From positions 43,601 to 107,600 of the forward strand of contig CALVTR010000004.1 of the NCBI GenBank assembly GCA_944362965.1: 64,000 nt of DNA, read 5' to 3'. Position 1 is the stretch's first letter, and every line of letters begins with the position of its first letter. A program made the translations under genes and the position numbers. The stretch comes from an uncultured Clostridia bacterium. Lineage in GTDB: Bacteria; Bacillota; Clostridia; Christensenellales; UBA1242. The notes under the pieces were generated by a model. It made no database searches, was not told the DNA's origin, and saw nothing but the letters and a program-made list of their open reading frames with translations. This document shows, piece by piece, positions 39,560-48,975 of the stretch.

Positions 39560-42500
39560 TTACTTAATTATAACATTTTCTTCGCCTAGAAGCCCGACAA
39601 GTTCGTTGGTCAAATAGTTGTTTATATCAACCTTTGTATTGAATGAAAAAGCCTTGTTTGTGGACGTGCATTTTATGACAACTTGAGATTGTCCTGGATG
39701 GTTAGCGGTTATTTTTTTGACACTGTTATAAATATCAGCATTTTGAGTGTTGAATCTTAAATAAACCTTTCGTGTGTCGTCAGCCTTTCGCTCATCGGAG
39801 CGGTTTTCCCATGCTAAGATAGTGTCGGCAATAACCACAGGTGACTTGCCATCTCTTATTGAAAGGTGTCCCCTAACGGTGACAAGTTTATCTTCAACAA
39901 GAAGATCTCTATATCTATTATAGCTTTTACTGAAGATCATCACATCATAGCTGCCATAGATATCTTCTATCGTCAAAATCGACATGTTGCCAGACTTGGT
40001 GTTTTTCTTGGAAACGTGAGTGATAACTCCGCCACCTGTGACAGGTTGTTTATCATAGACCTGTGGCGTTTTTTCTTCCTGCCCAAGTCCTTCTTCATAG
40101 TCCATATTCATAGCATAGTCGCCGCCACCTTCTTCGTCATCACCCTGTTGCATATCTGATGGATCTACTTTAAGGTCGGCAATCATATCAGATGTGAAAT
40201 TGAAGCTATCATATTTATCAAGGTAATCATCCAGTGGATGTCCTGATAGATATATGCCAACAAATTCCTTTTCAAACTTCAAAAGTGAGTCTTTATTATA
40301 TTCCTTGATATTAGGAACGGCAATTTTATTGACTGACTGCGAGGCTTCTTCAAAGGTGTCAAACATTGAAAACTGACCTGACGCCTTTGACTTTCTGTCG
40401 CTTGCAATCATATCCATATAGGCAGGATAAACTGCCATAAGTTGTGAGCGATACAAGCCAAAACTTGAGAAAGCACCACTTAGGATCAAACTTTCAAGAG
40501 ACTTTTTGTTGAGCGTGTTTGTGTTGACTCTGCGAAGGAAATCTTCAAAATCTTTGAAAGGTCCATTCTTATCACGCTCTTCAACGATGATATCAATAAG
40601 ACTTGTGCCTACATTGCGAAGTGCACCAAGCCCAAAACGAATATTGCCATTTTCAACTTTAAACTCTGTGATTGACTTGTTTATATCAGGTGGAAGTATT
40701 TCAAAGCCTTCTTTCCTAGCATAGTTTGTGTATTTCTTTACAGCATCAATATTGGTTATTCTATTGTTCAAAACTGCAGTCAAATATTCAACTTCGTAGT
40801 GTGCTTTTAAGTAGCCCGTCTGATAAGACACATAAGCATAAGCCGCTGCGTGAGATTTGTTGAAAGCATAGCCTGCAAACTTCGCCATCTGGTCGAACAC
40901 ACGTTCTGCAACCGCTTTATCATGCCCAAGAGCAAGTGCACCTGGAATGTCTTTCTTAGGGTCATTAGGGTCTTTTTTGCCATAGATAAACTTCTCCTTC
41001 TCTGGAGGAAGTTTCTCTGGCTTCTTCTTTGACATGATACGTCGAACATTATCAGCACCGCCAAGACTGAAGCCCGCCATAACCTGAAAGATCTTCATAA
41101 CTTGCTCTTGATAGATGATACAGCCATAGGTTGTGCTTAAAATTGGGATTAAGCAAGGGTCTTCATATTCAATCTTATCTGGTTCGCGTTTTCCTTTGAT
41201 AAACTTAGGTATAAAGTCCATTGGTCCTGGTCGGTATAGTGAAATTCCGGCTATGATATCTTCAAGTGTGGTTGGTTGCAAGTCCATCATGAACTTTTTC
41301 ATACCACCACTTTCTAGTTGGAACACAGCTTCAGTGTTGCCTGAGGAGATAAGTTCAAAGACAGCTGGGTCATCATAGCTCATCTTTGTGAAGTCAATTT
41401 CAACTCCGTGTATTTCTTTTATGTATTTTATGGCTTTATGTATATCTGTAAGCGTTCGTAAACCCAAAAAGTCAAACTTAAGCAAGCCCAAGTGTTCAAG
41501 TTCGGTCATATCAAACTGAGTCACTTCATCTTCCCCGCTCTTCGCCATTGGAACATGGTCGTAAACTGGGTCAGGTGCAATCAAAACGCCTGCTGCATGC
41601 ATAGATACATTTCTTGGCACACCTTCAAGTTTGATTGCCATGTCAATAACACGTTTAACTTCGGTGTCTTCATCATACATTGCCCTAAGCTCTGGTATTA
41701 TGTATTGTTTATCTTCTTCCTTGCCCGTTGTTCCAAAATAGTATCTAAGAGCAGGCGGCTTTTTGACAGGCTTGTTAGGTATCTCTTTTGTGATTTTATC
41801 AACTTCGGAATATGGGTATCTAAGCACGCGAGCAACGTCTTTTATTGCGTTTTTTGCCTGCATATTACCAAATGTTACAATATTTGAAACATGGTCAGCT
41901 CCATATCGTCTTTTTGCATACTCTATAACTTCTCTTCGTCTATCCATACAGAAGTCTACGTCAAAGTCGGGCATTGACACACGCTCCGGGTTGATAAAGC
42001 GGTCAAAGAACAAATCATATTTCATAGGGTCAACCTGCGTTATGCCTGAGCAGTATGCAACCAAACTTCCCGCACCCGAGCCACGACCTGGACCTACAGG
42101 AATATCATTTTCACGCGCAAAGTTGATATAGTCCCACACAATCAAGAAATATTCAACATAGCCAAGTTTATGGATGGTGTCAAGCTCCATTTGAAGCCTG
42201 TCCTCATATTCTTTAGGAATGGTTTTATAGTTTCTGTGCAAGCCTTCCCATGCAAGACGAGATAAGAACTCAAAGGAAGTCTCCCCTGTGTCTGGCACGT
42301 ATTTCGGGATGAAGTTTTCTGTTGCACCAAGTTGGTCCTCAACTGGCACGTTTTTGTTGCCGCCTTCTGCTGCTTCCCTTAATGATTTAGTCCTTATAGA
42401 AACATGGCATTTTTCAGCAATCTCCACCGTTCTATCAAGTGCTTCTTCATAGCCCGGCATAGCTTCAAGCATCTCTTCATAGGTTTTAAGATAAAATTCT

Positions 42501-43210
42501 TGCGTTTCAAACTTCATACGGTCTGGGTCGTCATAGGTCTTACCCATTTGAACGCACAAAAGAACATCTTGAAGCTCGGCGTCTTCTTTATTTAAATAGT
42601 GAACGTCATTTGTGGCAACAAGAGGAATGCCAAGTCTTTCACTCATCTCAGTGAGTTTGATCATAACTTCCTTTTCTTCTGGAAGATTGTGATTTTGTAT
42701 TTCAAGATAAAAGTCATCACCAAAGACACGTTTAAACCACAAGGCAAGCTTGTCCGCCTCGTCATATTGACGCTTTAATATGTATTGTGGAATATGCCCT
42801 GCAAGGCAAGCTGAAAGGCAGATGATGCCTTCATGATACTGCTCGAGCAATTCATAGTCTATTCTTGGCTTATAATACATGCCTTCAAGGTAGGCAAGAG
42901 ATGAAAGCTTCAAAAGATTTTGATAGCCTGTGTTGTTTTTTGCAATCAGTATCAAGTGCCCTGTGTCTTCGCGATTTGTTTTTGACTTTCTGTCATGACA
43001 GATATAAAACTCTTCACCAATAATTGGTTTGATGCCATTCTGAACACATGCTTCAAAAAATTTGATAACACCATACATATTGCCGTGATCTGTGATTGCA
43101 ACTGATTTCCAACCACGTTCCTTGACGATGTCAACAAGTTTATTTATTCTAGCAAGTCCATCAAGCAGACTAAACTCTGTATGCAAATGTAAGTGCACAA
43201 ATTCTTTCAT
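39560..43210 (-). CDS. dnaE: DNA polymerase III alpha subunit, DnaE type
   Basis: 1216 aa; N-terminal PHP domain HLHLHTEFSLLDG; polymerase core (PDFDVDF, GLLKFDFLGLRTLT); C-terminal OB fold; no PolC-type exonuclease insert. Confidence 0.95.
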   Translation of the reverse strand: MKEFVHLHLHTEFSLLDGLARINKLVDIVKERGWKSVAITDHGNMYGVIKFFEACVQNGIKPIIGEEFYICHDRKSKTNREDTGHLILIAKNNTGYQNLLKLSSLAYLEGMYYKPRIDYELLEQYHEGIICLSACLAGHIPQYILKRQYDEADKLALWFKRVFGDDFYLEIQNHNLPEEKEVMIKLTEMSERLGIPLVATNDVHYLNKEDAELQDVLLCVQMGKTYDDPDRMKFETQEFYLKTYEEMLEAMPGYEEALDRTVEIAEKCHVSIRTKSLREAAEGGNKNVPVEDQLGATENFIPKYVPDTGETSFEFLSRLAWEGLHRNYKTIPKEYEDRLQMELDTIHKLGYVEYFLIVWDYINFARENDIPVGPGRGSGAGSLVAYCSGITQVDPMKYDLFFDRFINPERVSMPDFDVDFCMDRRREVIEYAKRRYGADHVSNIVTFGNMQAKNAIKDVARVLRYPYSEVDKITKEIPNKPVKKPPALRYYFGTTGKEEDKQYIIPELRAMYDEDTEVKRVIDMAIKLEGVPRNVSMHAAGVLIAPDPVYDHVPMAKSGEDEVTQFDMTELEHLGLLKFDFLGLRTLTDIHKAIKYIKEIHGVEIDFTKMSYDDPAVFELISSGNTEAVFQLESGGMKKFMMDLQPTTLEDIIAGISLYRPGPMDFIPKFIKGKREPDKIEYEDPCLIPILSTTYGCIIYQEQVMKIFQVMAGFSLGGADNVRRIMSKKKPEKLPPEKEKFIYGKKDPNDPKKDIPGALALGHDKAVAERVFDQMAKFAGYAFNKSHAAAYAYVSYQTGYLKAHYEVEYLTAVLNNRITNIDAVKKYTNYARKEGFEILPPDINKSITEFKVENGNIRFGLGALRNVGTSLIDIIVEERDKNGPFKDFEDFLRRVNTNTLNKKSLESLILSGAFSSFGLYRSQLMAVYPAYMDMIASDRKSKASGQFSMFDTFEEASQSVNKIAVPNIKEYNKDSLLKFEKEFVGIYLSGHPLDDYLDKYDSFNFTSDMIADLKVDPSDMQQGDDEEGGGDYAMNMDYEEGLGQEEKTPQVYDKQPVTGGGVITHVSKKNTKSGNMSILTIEDIYGSYDVMIFSKSYNRYRDLLVEDKLVTVRGHLSIRDGKSPVVIADTILAWENRSDERKADDTRKVYLRFNTQNADIYNSVKKITANHPGQSQVVIKCTSTNKAFSFNTKVDINNYLTNELVGLLGEENVIIK

Positions 43211-43295
43211 TCTTCTCCCCTTTTTATCTGTTGTTTTTATTTTTAATAAATTTAAATAAAAATATATTTTTTAATTATTTTTATTTATTTTTTTT

Positions 43296-43378
43296 AATTT
43301 TTCAATGATTTTTAATGGTTTTTATTGATTTTTTATAATTTTTCAATGATTTTTAATAGTTTTTATTGATTTTTTATA
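43296..43378. repeat. Two tandem 41-bp units made of helically phased T-tracts
   Basis: TAATTTTTCAATGATTTTTAATGGTTTTTATTGATTTTTTA is repeated with 1 mismatch. T5-6 runs recur about every 10-11 bp, between whiA and dnaE. Confidence 0.8.
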
Positions 43379-43425
43379 ATTTTTTATTAAATTATTTAAT
43401 TTTTAATTTATTTTTTCTGTATTTT

Positions 43426-44388
43426 TTAACCTTTTAAAATTTCAGCAATTTTTAAAATTCTTCTAAATCTATGATTAAGTCCGCTTTTTGTAAGCTTGAT
43501 TGTTGACAGCTTTAAAAGCTCGTCCATGCTCTCCTGCGGATTTGCAAGACGCAAAACTGCCACTTCCTGCAGGTCTTCTGGTAGGCTTTCAAGACCTATC
43601 TTTTTATTGATATAGTTTATTGCCTGAATTTGCTTCAAACTTGCTTCAACCGTTTTATTGATATTTGCATTTATGCAGTTTACCTGTCTATTGACAGTGT
43701 TTCGCAAATCCCGCTTAGCCATTTCGTCTGAAAGGTCAAGCACGCTCTGCTGTGCACCGACAAGTGCAAGTAGGTCTTTTATAGCTTCGCTATCTTTTAA
43801 GTATAGAACATAGACCTTTTTGCGCAGGGCTATCTTGCTTGTGATATCAAAATATTGCAATAGTCCTTGCAGTCCTTGCAAAAATTCAAGCTTATGTGAA
43901 GAAAATTCAACATGATAGCCTGTTGTTGGTGATGCCGAGCCAAGCTCCGATAACTTTATACTTGAAGTTGCACAGCCAACATAAGCCCCTTTGATAAAAC
44001 TTTTCTTGGTTTCATCATCTGCAACTAAATTGTTATCAATTTCAGCGACAAAAGAAAGTTCTCCATTTTGTGAAATAAGAGAACAATCCTTAAGCACCTG
44101 CAATGATATATCATAAGGAAATTTTATACGATAATAGGTTGTTTTGTTTATGATATAGTCATCAGAGATTTCAAGGGAAAGTTTCTGCCCATACAAACGA
44201 TTGACAAGCCTGTTTAAAAACTCAAAAACCTCTTTAAAGTCAGTGACAACGTCTAGCCTTATGCCTTCGGCGTTCTTAGTGATAGTTCCACAGGCATGAA
44301 GTAAGCCCGACAAAAAAGCCTGGCCGCAATCTGCGTCTTCAATGTCAGTTTCAATTATCTGCAGTTTACTATCTTTTGCAAAGCTCAT
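43426..44388 (-). CDS. whiA: DNA-binding protein WhiA
   Basis: 320 aa; LAGLIDADG-derived middle region; C-terminal HTH (KLTKSGLNHRFRRI); full-length WhiA layout. Confidence 0.9.
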   Translation of the reverse strand: MSFAKDSKLQIIETDIEDADCGQAFLSGLLHACGTITKNAEGIRLDVVTDFKEVFEFLNRLVNRLYGQKLSLEISDDYIINKTTYYRIKFPYDISLQVLKDCSLISQNGELSFVAEIDNNLVADDETKKSFIKGAYVGCATSSIKLSELGSASPTTGYHVEFSSHKLEFLQGLQGLLQYFDITSKIALRKKVYVLYLKDSEAIKDLLALVGAQQSVLDLSDEMAKRDLRNTVNRQVNCINANINKTVEASLKQIQAINYINKKIGLESLPEDLQEVAVLRLANPQESMDELLKLSTIKLTKSGLNHRFRRILKIAEILKG

Positions 44389-44476
44389 AAAACTCCTTAT
44401 AAAATTGTTTAATATTTTTCTTTGTTTGTAAAATTTTTGTATTTTTTGTGTTTTTTCTTAAATTTTCGATTATTTT

Positions 44477-45235
44477 TTAACGTTTTGATGCAAATTTAGG
44501 CAATTTATCTATATTTACAACTTGAGAAATTGGAAGCCCAAGCCTAAAAATAACGTCAAGACCATTGTTGCACTCGCCTACTCGCTCTGGTGAGTGTGCG
44601 TCAGAATTAACAATAAATTTCACGCCTTCACTTGCCATAATTTCAAGCTCTTCGTCTGTGAAGTTGATTCGCTTCCCATTAAGCTCTATAAGCGTGCCTT
44701 TTTCTTTTGCCATACGTGCAACTGCCAAAGTATCTGTTGGGCAGCCATAGTTAAGATGCGTGATTACGTCTATTGGGTATTTGTCAAGTGCTTTTAAAAA
44801 TGCCGTTGTGTTGCGGTTTTTACGTTCCTGACTTGGTGCATAAGGTGAGCCGGACATATTGGCAATAATAAGTTTGTTAAAATCCTTCATGGTTGGCGTC
44901 CTAATCATTCTATGATGTCCCATAAGCAAGATGTCGAGAAATTCAAAATCAGTCTCCACAACGTCGATTTGACCGTCTAGAGAGATTAAATTTGCTTCAA
45001 CCCCAAGCAAAATGTCAACACCTGTGACTTCTTTTGCATTCAATATATCTTCTTTGACTGATGGTATATCTTTTCTTCTAACGCCATAGAACATGTGGTT
45101 GAAGCCATGATCTGTGATAGCAATCTGCTTTAAGCCCTTATTTGCAGCAACGGATGCATTTTCAAGCACTGTGCCCTTTCCATGATTATGGCGAGAATAT
45201 TTTGTATGTGTGTGATAGTCACCAAAAAGTATCAT
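44477..45235 (-). CDS. PHP-domain phosphoesterase
   Basis: 252 aa; GDYHTHTKYS and AITDHG motifs, plus a later SDAHSP. Confidence 0.8.
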   Translation of the reverse strand: MILFGDYHTHTKYSRHNHGKGTVLENASVAANKGLKQIAITDHGFNHMFYGVRRKDIPSVKEDILNAKEVTGVDILLGVEANLISLDGQIDVVETDFEFLDILLMGHHRMIRTPTMKDFNKLIIANMSGSPYAPSQERKNRNTTAFLKALDKYPIDVITHLNYGCPTDTLAVARMAKEKGTLIELNGKRINFTDEELEIMASEGVKFIVNSDAHSPERVGECNNGLDVIFRLGLPISQVVNIDKLPKFASKR

Positions 45236-45321
45236 AAATCCTCCAAGAAGATAAAAATCTCATATTAACAATTATATATCATTTTCAAAAAAAGTCAAAT
45301 AAAGATTTTGTATATTGCAAT

Positions 45322-45365
45322 AAAAAACAGGCTTTTTAAGAATAAATCCTTTTAAGCCTGTTTTT
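45322..45365 (-). terminator. Bidirectional hairpin terminator after the 146-aa ORF
   Basis: A6, stem AACAGGCTT, 19-nt interior, stem AAGCCTGTT, T-run. The stem sequence is related to the duplicated hairpin at 38325/38517. Confidence 0.5.
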
Positions 45366-45380
45366 AAATTTCAAAGCCTT

Positions 45381-45821
45381 CTACTCATCTATTCCACCAC
45401 CAGTATTTCCTCCTGCTCCATTCTCATTATATATGATATCTATGCTTATAGCAACATCGCTATCTATGTTGTATACGCTACTTGTCATTGAAAGGGTATG
45501 AGGAAGAATACCCCCATCTTCAGTAATACCACCTCCTGAACTCTCAAATTCATATTGAGTCTCTTGGTATATTGCAGGCTCAAATGTTATGACAACATAT
45601 TCTGCATATGGATGACCATGTGGACCTCCTTCGCCTTCTACAAAAAATTGAATATTTGTGACACCATTCAATATAATATGTGAAGAAGTTACTTCTATTC
45701 TTTCTCCGCTATTTATACTATAAAATATTTTTGCTTTATATCGCTTAATATCGTCTATTGCGTCAATAACGTCTATTTTGTCAGTTCCACTTTTATTTTT
45801 CCATCCACACGCTCTCTTCAC
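45381..45821 (-). CDS. Hypothetical protein (146 aa, GTG start)
   Basis: ORF with AAAGGTGA just upstream of a GTG start. Gly-rich C-terminus. Its first roughly 25 codons are nucleotide-homologous to the non-coding W modules in R2/R3, so the true start and coding status are uncertain. Confidence 0.45.
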   Translation of the reverse strand: MKRACGWKNKSGTDKIDVIDAIDDIKRYKAKIFYSINSGERIEVTSSHIILNGVTNIQFFVEGEGGPHGHPYAEYVVITFEPAIYQETQYEFESSGGGITEDGGILPHTLSMTSSVYNIDSDVAISIDIIYNENGAGGNTGGGIDE

Positions 45822-46005
45822 TTTTCACCTTTCACTCTTCACTCCCGCTTAGCGGTTTGATTATCTGTTTTTTATCGACAAATATATCTATAACGTCGAA
45901 TTTATCAGTTCCTTGAGAGCGGAGATAAAATTTATTTTTTAAAAACACTCAATCGGACAATCGTCAAACATTTGGTTTGAAGAGCGGAGATGTAGGTTGG
46001 AGAAT
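45822..46005. repeat. Partial modular repeat block R3
   Basis: Palindrome CCGCTTAGCGG (45845-45855), a W module (45870-45912), and two inverse M units with AGAGCGG at 45916 and 45981 (65-bp spacing). Strong similarity to 55851-55960. Confidence 0.8.
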
Positions 46006-46098
46006 TAAACAAAAAAACATATCAACTTTTAAAGTCAATATGTTTTTAAATATAATAATAATGAATATATGTTATTACAAAAATACAAAAACAACAGT

Positions 46099-46761
46099 TT
46101 AATTGCGTAAGGCTTCGATAGCGACAAGTTTATCATGTGCTTTATAGACATAAGAGCCGCTGACAAGCATATCAGCACCTGCTTCAATCAGGTCCTTTGC
46201 ATTTTCAGCATTAACCCCGCCGTCAACTTCTATTTTATATTTATAGTTGTTATTGGCACGAAGCTTGCTGAGCTCCTTAACTTTTTCTATTGCTTCTGGC
46301 ATAAATTTCTGCCCGCTTGCACCTGGCTCAACTGACATAACAAGAATCACATCAAAATCATGCACATACACCTTAACTTCATTGACGCTGGTCTCTGGCT
46401 TGATTGAAAGCCCTGCAAGCACGTCTGCCTGTTTAATCTTATTGACAGCAAGAATAATATCATTTTTATCTTTGAAAGCTTCATAATGCACAGTTATGAT
46501 ATTTGCACCCGCTTTGATATAATTATCTATTGACCTTAGCGGCTCGTCACACATAAGATGCACATCAAGCATGATAAGGCTATGCTGGTTTATATTATAA
46601 ACAAGTTGGTCATCATAAGTGACATTTTCAACAAACTTGCCGTCCATGATATCACAATGCAAAAAGTCGGCATGCCCTTGCATTTCCTGAGCATAGTCTG
46701 TTATCTTCTGATATTCTTTAATTGGGTCGGTTGAGACTGAAATATAAACATTTTTTTTCAT
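46099..46761 (-). CDS. rpe: Ribulose-phosphate 3-epimerase
   Basis: 220 aa; HCDIMDG, DVHLM, MSVEPG and VDGG motifs. Confidence 0.93.
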   Translation of the reverse strand: MKKNVYISVSTDPIKEYQKITDYAQEMQGHADFLHCDIMDGKFVENVTYDDQLVYNINQHSLIMLDVHLMCDEPLRSIDNYIKAGANIITVHYEAFKDKNDIILAVNKIKQADVLAGLSIKPETSVNEVKVYVHDFDVILVMSVEPGASGQKFMPEAIEKVKELSKLRANNNYKYKIEVDGGVNAENAKDLIEAGADMLVSGSYVYKAHDKLVAIEALRN

Positions 46762-46796
46762 TTTTTCACCTTTTTTATTAAATTTTTAGTTAATTT

Positions 46797-47636
46797 TTAA
46801 TATTTTTTTGCATTTTTTAGCTCTTCTAAAATCTTTAGATAATTATAATAGCGAAGTTCTGAAATTTCTCCGCGTTCCACAGCTTTTATTACGCCGCAAT
46901 CATTTCCGCCTTCATGCAAACAGGAACGATATTTACACTCAGCTCGTGCCTGTAAAAAGTCTGGATAGTATGCTGAAAGTTCATGATAATCAAGATTGCT
47001 TACATAGGACAGGTCAAGCATTGAAAAGCCTGCGGTGTCCGCAAGATAGCCTTCACTAAGCTTATAAAGGGTTACAAGTCGTGTGGTCTGTTTGCCGCGT
47101 TCTATCTTCTTTGACAGGCTGCCTGTTGCTGCAAGCTCGTCATTATATATAGCGTTTATTATTGAAGATTTGCCAACCGCACTCTGCCCTGCCATTGCAC
47201 AAATACCTTTTATATTTTGCTCAATCTCTTTTATTTGTTGGTCTTTAGCAGAAGATTTTATGATTTTTACAATTTTTTGATAGGTATTTGTTATTATATT
47301 AAGAAATTCATTATCCGCTATATCTATTTTGTTTACAACTAAGATCGGCTCGATATCATTTAAAGTGCAGTAAATCAAAACTTTGTCTACAAGATTAAAA
47401 TCCGGCTTAGGTTTTGGTGCAATCACAATAAAGAGCCTATCAAGATTTGCAAGCGGCGGCCTTATAAGCAAATTTTTTCTTGGCAGCACCTTTGTGATAG
47501 CATCTTGAAACTCTACTTTGTCGCCAACAAAGACCCCAGACGTTTTTGTTTTACCGCTAGGGCTAACCTTGTAAATTTTGCCTTCGCTTTCTATTGTGAA
47601 AAGGTTGGCATTTTTTGTTAAAACAATTCCTTGCAT
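46797..47636 (-). CDS. rsgA: Ribosome small-subunit-dependent GTPase A
   Basis: 279 aa; circularly permuted GTPase (NKIDI then GQSAVGKSS); C-terminal Zn knuckle CKYRSCLHEGGNDCGV. Confidence 0.9.
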   Translation of the reverse strand: MQGIVLTKNANLFTIESEGKIYKVSPSGKTKTSGVFVGDKVEFQDAITKVLPRKNLLIRPPLANLDRLFIVIAPKPKPDFNLVDKVLIYCTLNDIEPILVVNKIDIADNEFLNIITNTYQKIVKIIKSSAKDQQIKEIEQNIKGICAMAGQSAVGKSSIINAIYNDELAATGSLSKKIERGKQTTRLVTLYKLSEGYLADTAGFSMLDLSYVSNLDYHELSAYYPDFLQARAECKYRSCLHEGGNDCGVIKAVERGEISELRYYNYLKILEELKNAKKY

Positions 47637-47684
47637 TAAATCTCCATTTCAATATTTTTATAGTAAAGTTTGTGGTTTTAATCA

Positions 47685-47778
47685 GGCAATCGTGAGCGTG
47701 AGCCTTTAGGCTCACAAAGAAAAGCGAAGCTTTTCTTAAAAATTTTGAAGTGACTTCAAAATTTTGCTCACGATTGCC
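47685..47778. repeat. Three-hairpin unit C (between rlmN and rsgA)
   Basis: Outer GGCAATCGTGAGC / GCTCACGATTGCC. Hairpins: GTGAGCC-TTTA-GGCTCAC, GAAAAGC-GAA-GCTTTTC, AAAATTTTGAAGT-G-ACTTCAAAATTTT. Confidence 0.8.
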
Positions 47779-47845
47779 CTACCCTTTTTCTTAACTCTTT
47801 CTACACCTTTATTATACATTATTTTCTTATTAAACAAAACTTTTA

Positions 47846-48874
47846 TTAGTCTTGTGACGATAAAATCTTGTTTCTAAGTTGTCCACACGCCCCTTCTATA
47901 TCTTCACCCATAGTGCGTCTTACGGTTGCAGAAATGCCAAGTGCCTTTAGCTCATCTGCAAACTTATAGGCAGCAAGTCTTGTGGTTGCTTTAAGGTTAC
48001 GTTCTTTTACGACATTCAATGGTATAATATTCACATGAAAATTATACCCTTTCAAAAGTTTTGCAAGTCTCTTTACGTCATCTTCGCCATCGTTCACATC
48101 TTTAATCAAGGTATATTCAAAATACACTCTTCTGCCTGTTTTATTATAATAATCTTTGCAAGCCTTTATAATTTCATCAATCTTATACCTATTTGCGATT
48201 GGCATAATCTCTCTACGTTTTTCATCCGTTGTTGCATGAAGAGAGATTGTAAGAGATATATTAAAGTCCTTTTCAAGCAATTTGTAAATCTGCGGAACAA
48301 GTCCACAAGTTGATAATGATATATTTCGCTGACTTATTCCTAGCCCACGATTTGAACTTATAAGCTCTATAAATTTTACAACATTGTCAAAATTATCAAG
48401 CGGCTCACCTGAGCCCATCAAAACAACATTTGTTATCTGTCTGTTTTTTCTGCTGCCACCAAGGTCACGATTAACCAAAAATATTTGTCCTAGCATCTCG
48501 CCCGCAGACAAATTTCTTGCAAGTCCATGAAGTGTGGAAGCACAGAATTTACATCCCATTCGGCAGCCCACTTGCGTTGAAATGCAAATGGTATAGCCAT
48601 ATTTATATTTCATAAGCACGCATTCCACAATGTTTTTATCTGCAAATTCAACTATGTATTTCTTTGTGCCGTCTTTACTTTCAAATTTCTTAAGAAGTTT
48701 ATAACTTGGATAATCATCTTTGATTATATCTTTTAAAGCTTGTGGTAAGTTAGATATTTCATCTAGCGTTTTACCGCTATAGATTGCATCAAAAATTTGC
48801 TCACCCCTAAAAGTAGGCAAGCCCATTCTTTTTACATAGTCTTTAATTTCATCAAAACTTAAATCTGCAAGCAT
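47846..48874 (-). CDS. rlmN: 23S rRNA/tRNA adenine-C2 methyltransferase RlmN (radical SAM)
   Basis: 342 aa; CRMGCKFCAS radical-SAM cluster motif; C-terminal GEDIEGACGQL. Confidence 0.93.
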   Translation of the reverse strand: MLADLSFDEIKDYVKRMGLPTFRGEQIFDAIYSGKTLDEISNLPQALKDIIKDDYPSYKLLKKFESKDGTKKYIVEFADKNIVECVLMKYKYGYTICISTQVGCRMGCKFCASTLHGLARNLSAGEMLGQIFLVNRDLGGSRKNRQITNVVLMGSGEPLDNFDNVVKFIELISSNRGLGISQRNISLSTCGLVPQIYKLLEKDFNISLTISLHATTDEKRREIMPIANRYKIDEIIKACKDYYNKTGRRVYFEYTLIKDVNDGEDDVKRLAKLLKGYNFHVNIIPLNVVKERNLKATTRLAAYKFADELKALGISATVRRTMGEDIEGACGQLRNKILSSQD

Positions 48875-48975
48875 AAAATACCTAATTTTTTCTCTTTTTT
48901 TAGTTTTTTATTGAATTTTTGTTATTTTTCCTATTTTTTTATTAAATATTAAATTGAATTTTTATTATTTTGTCT

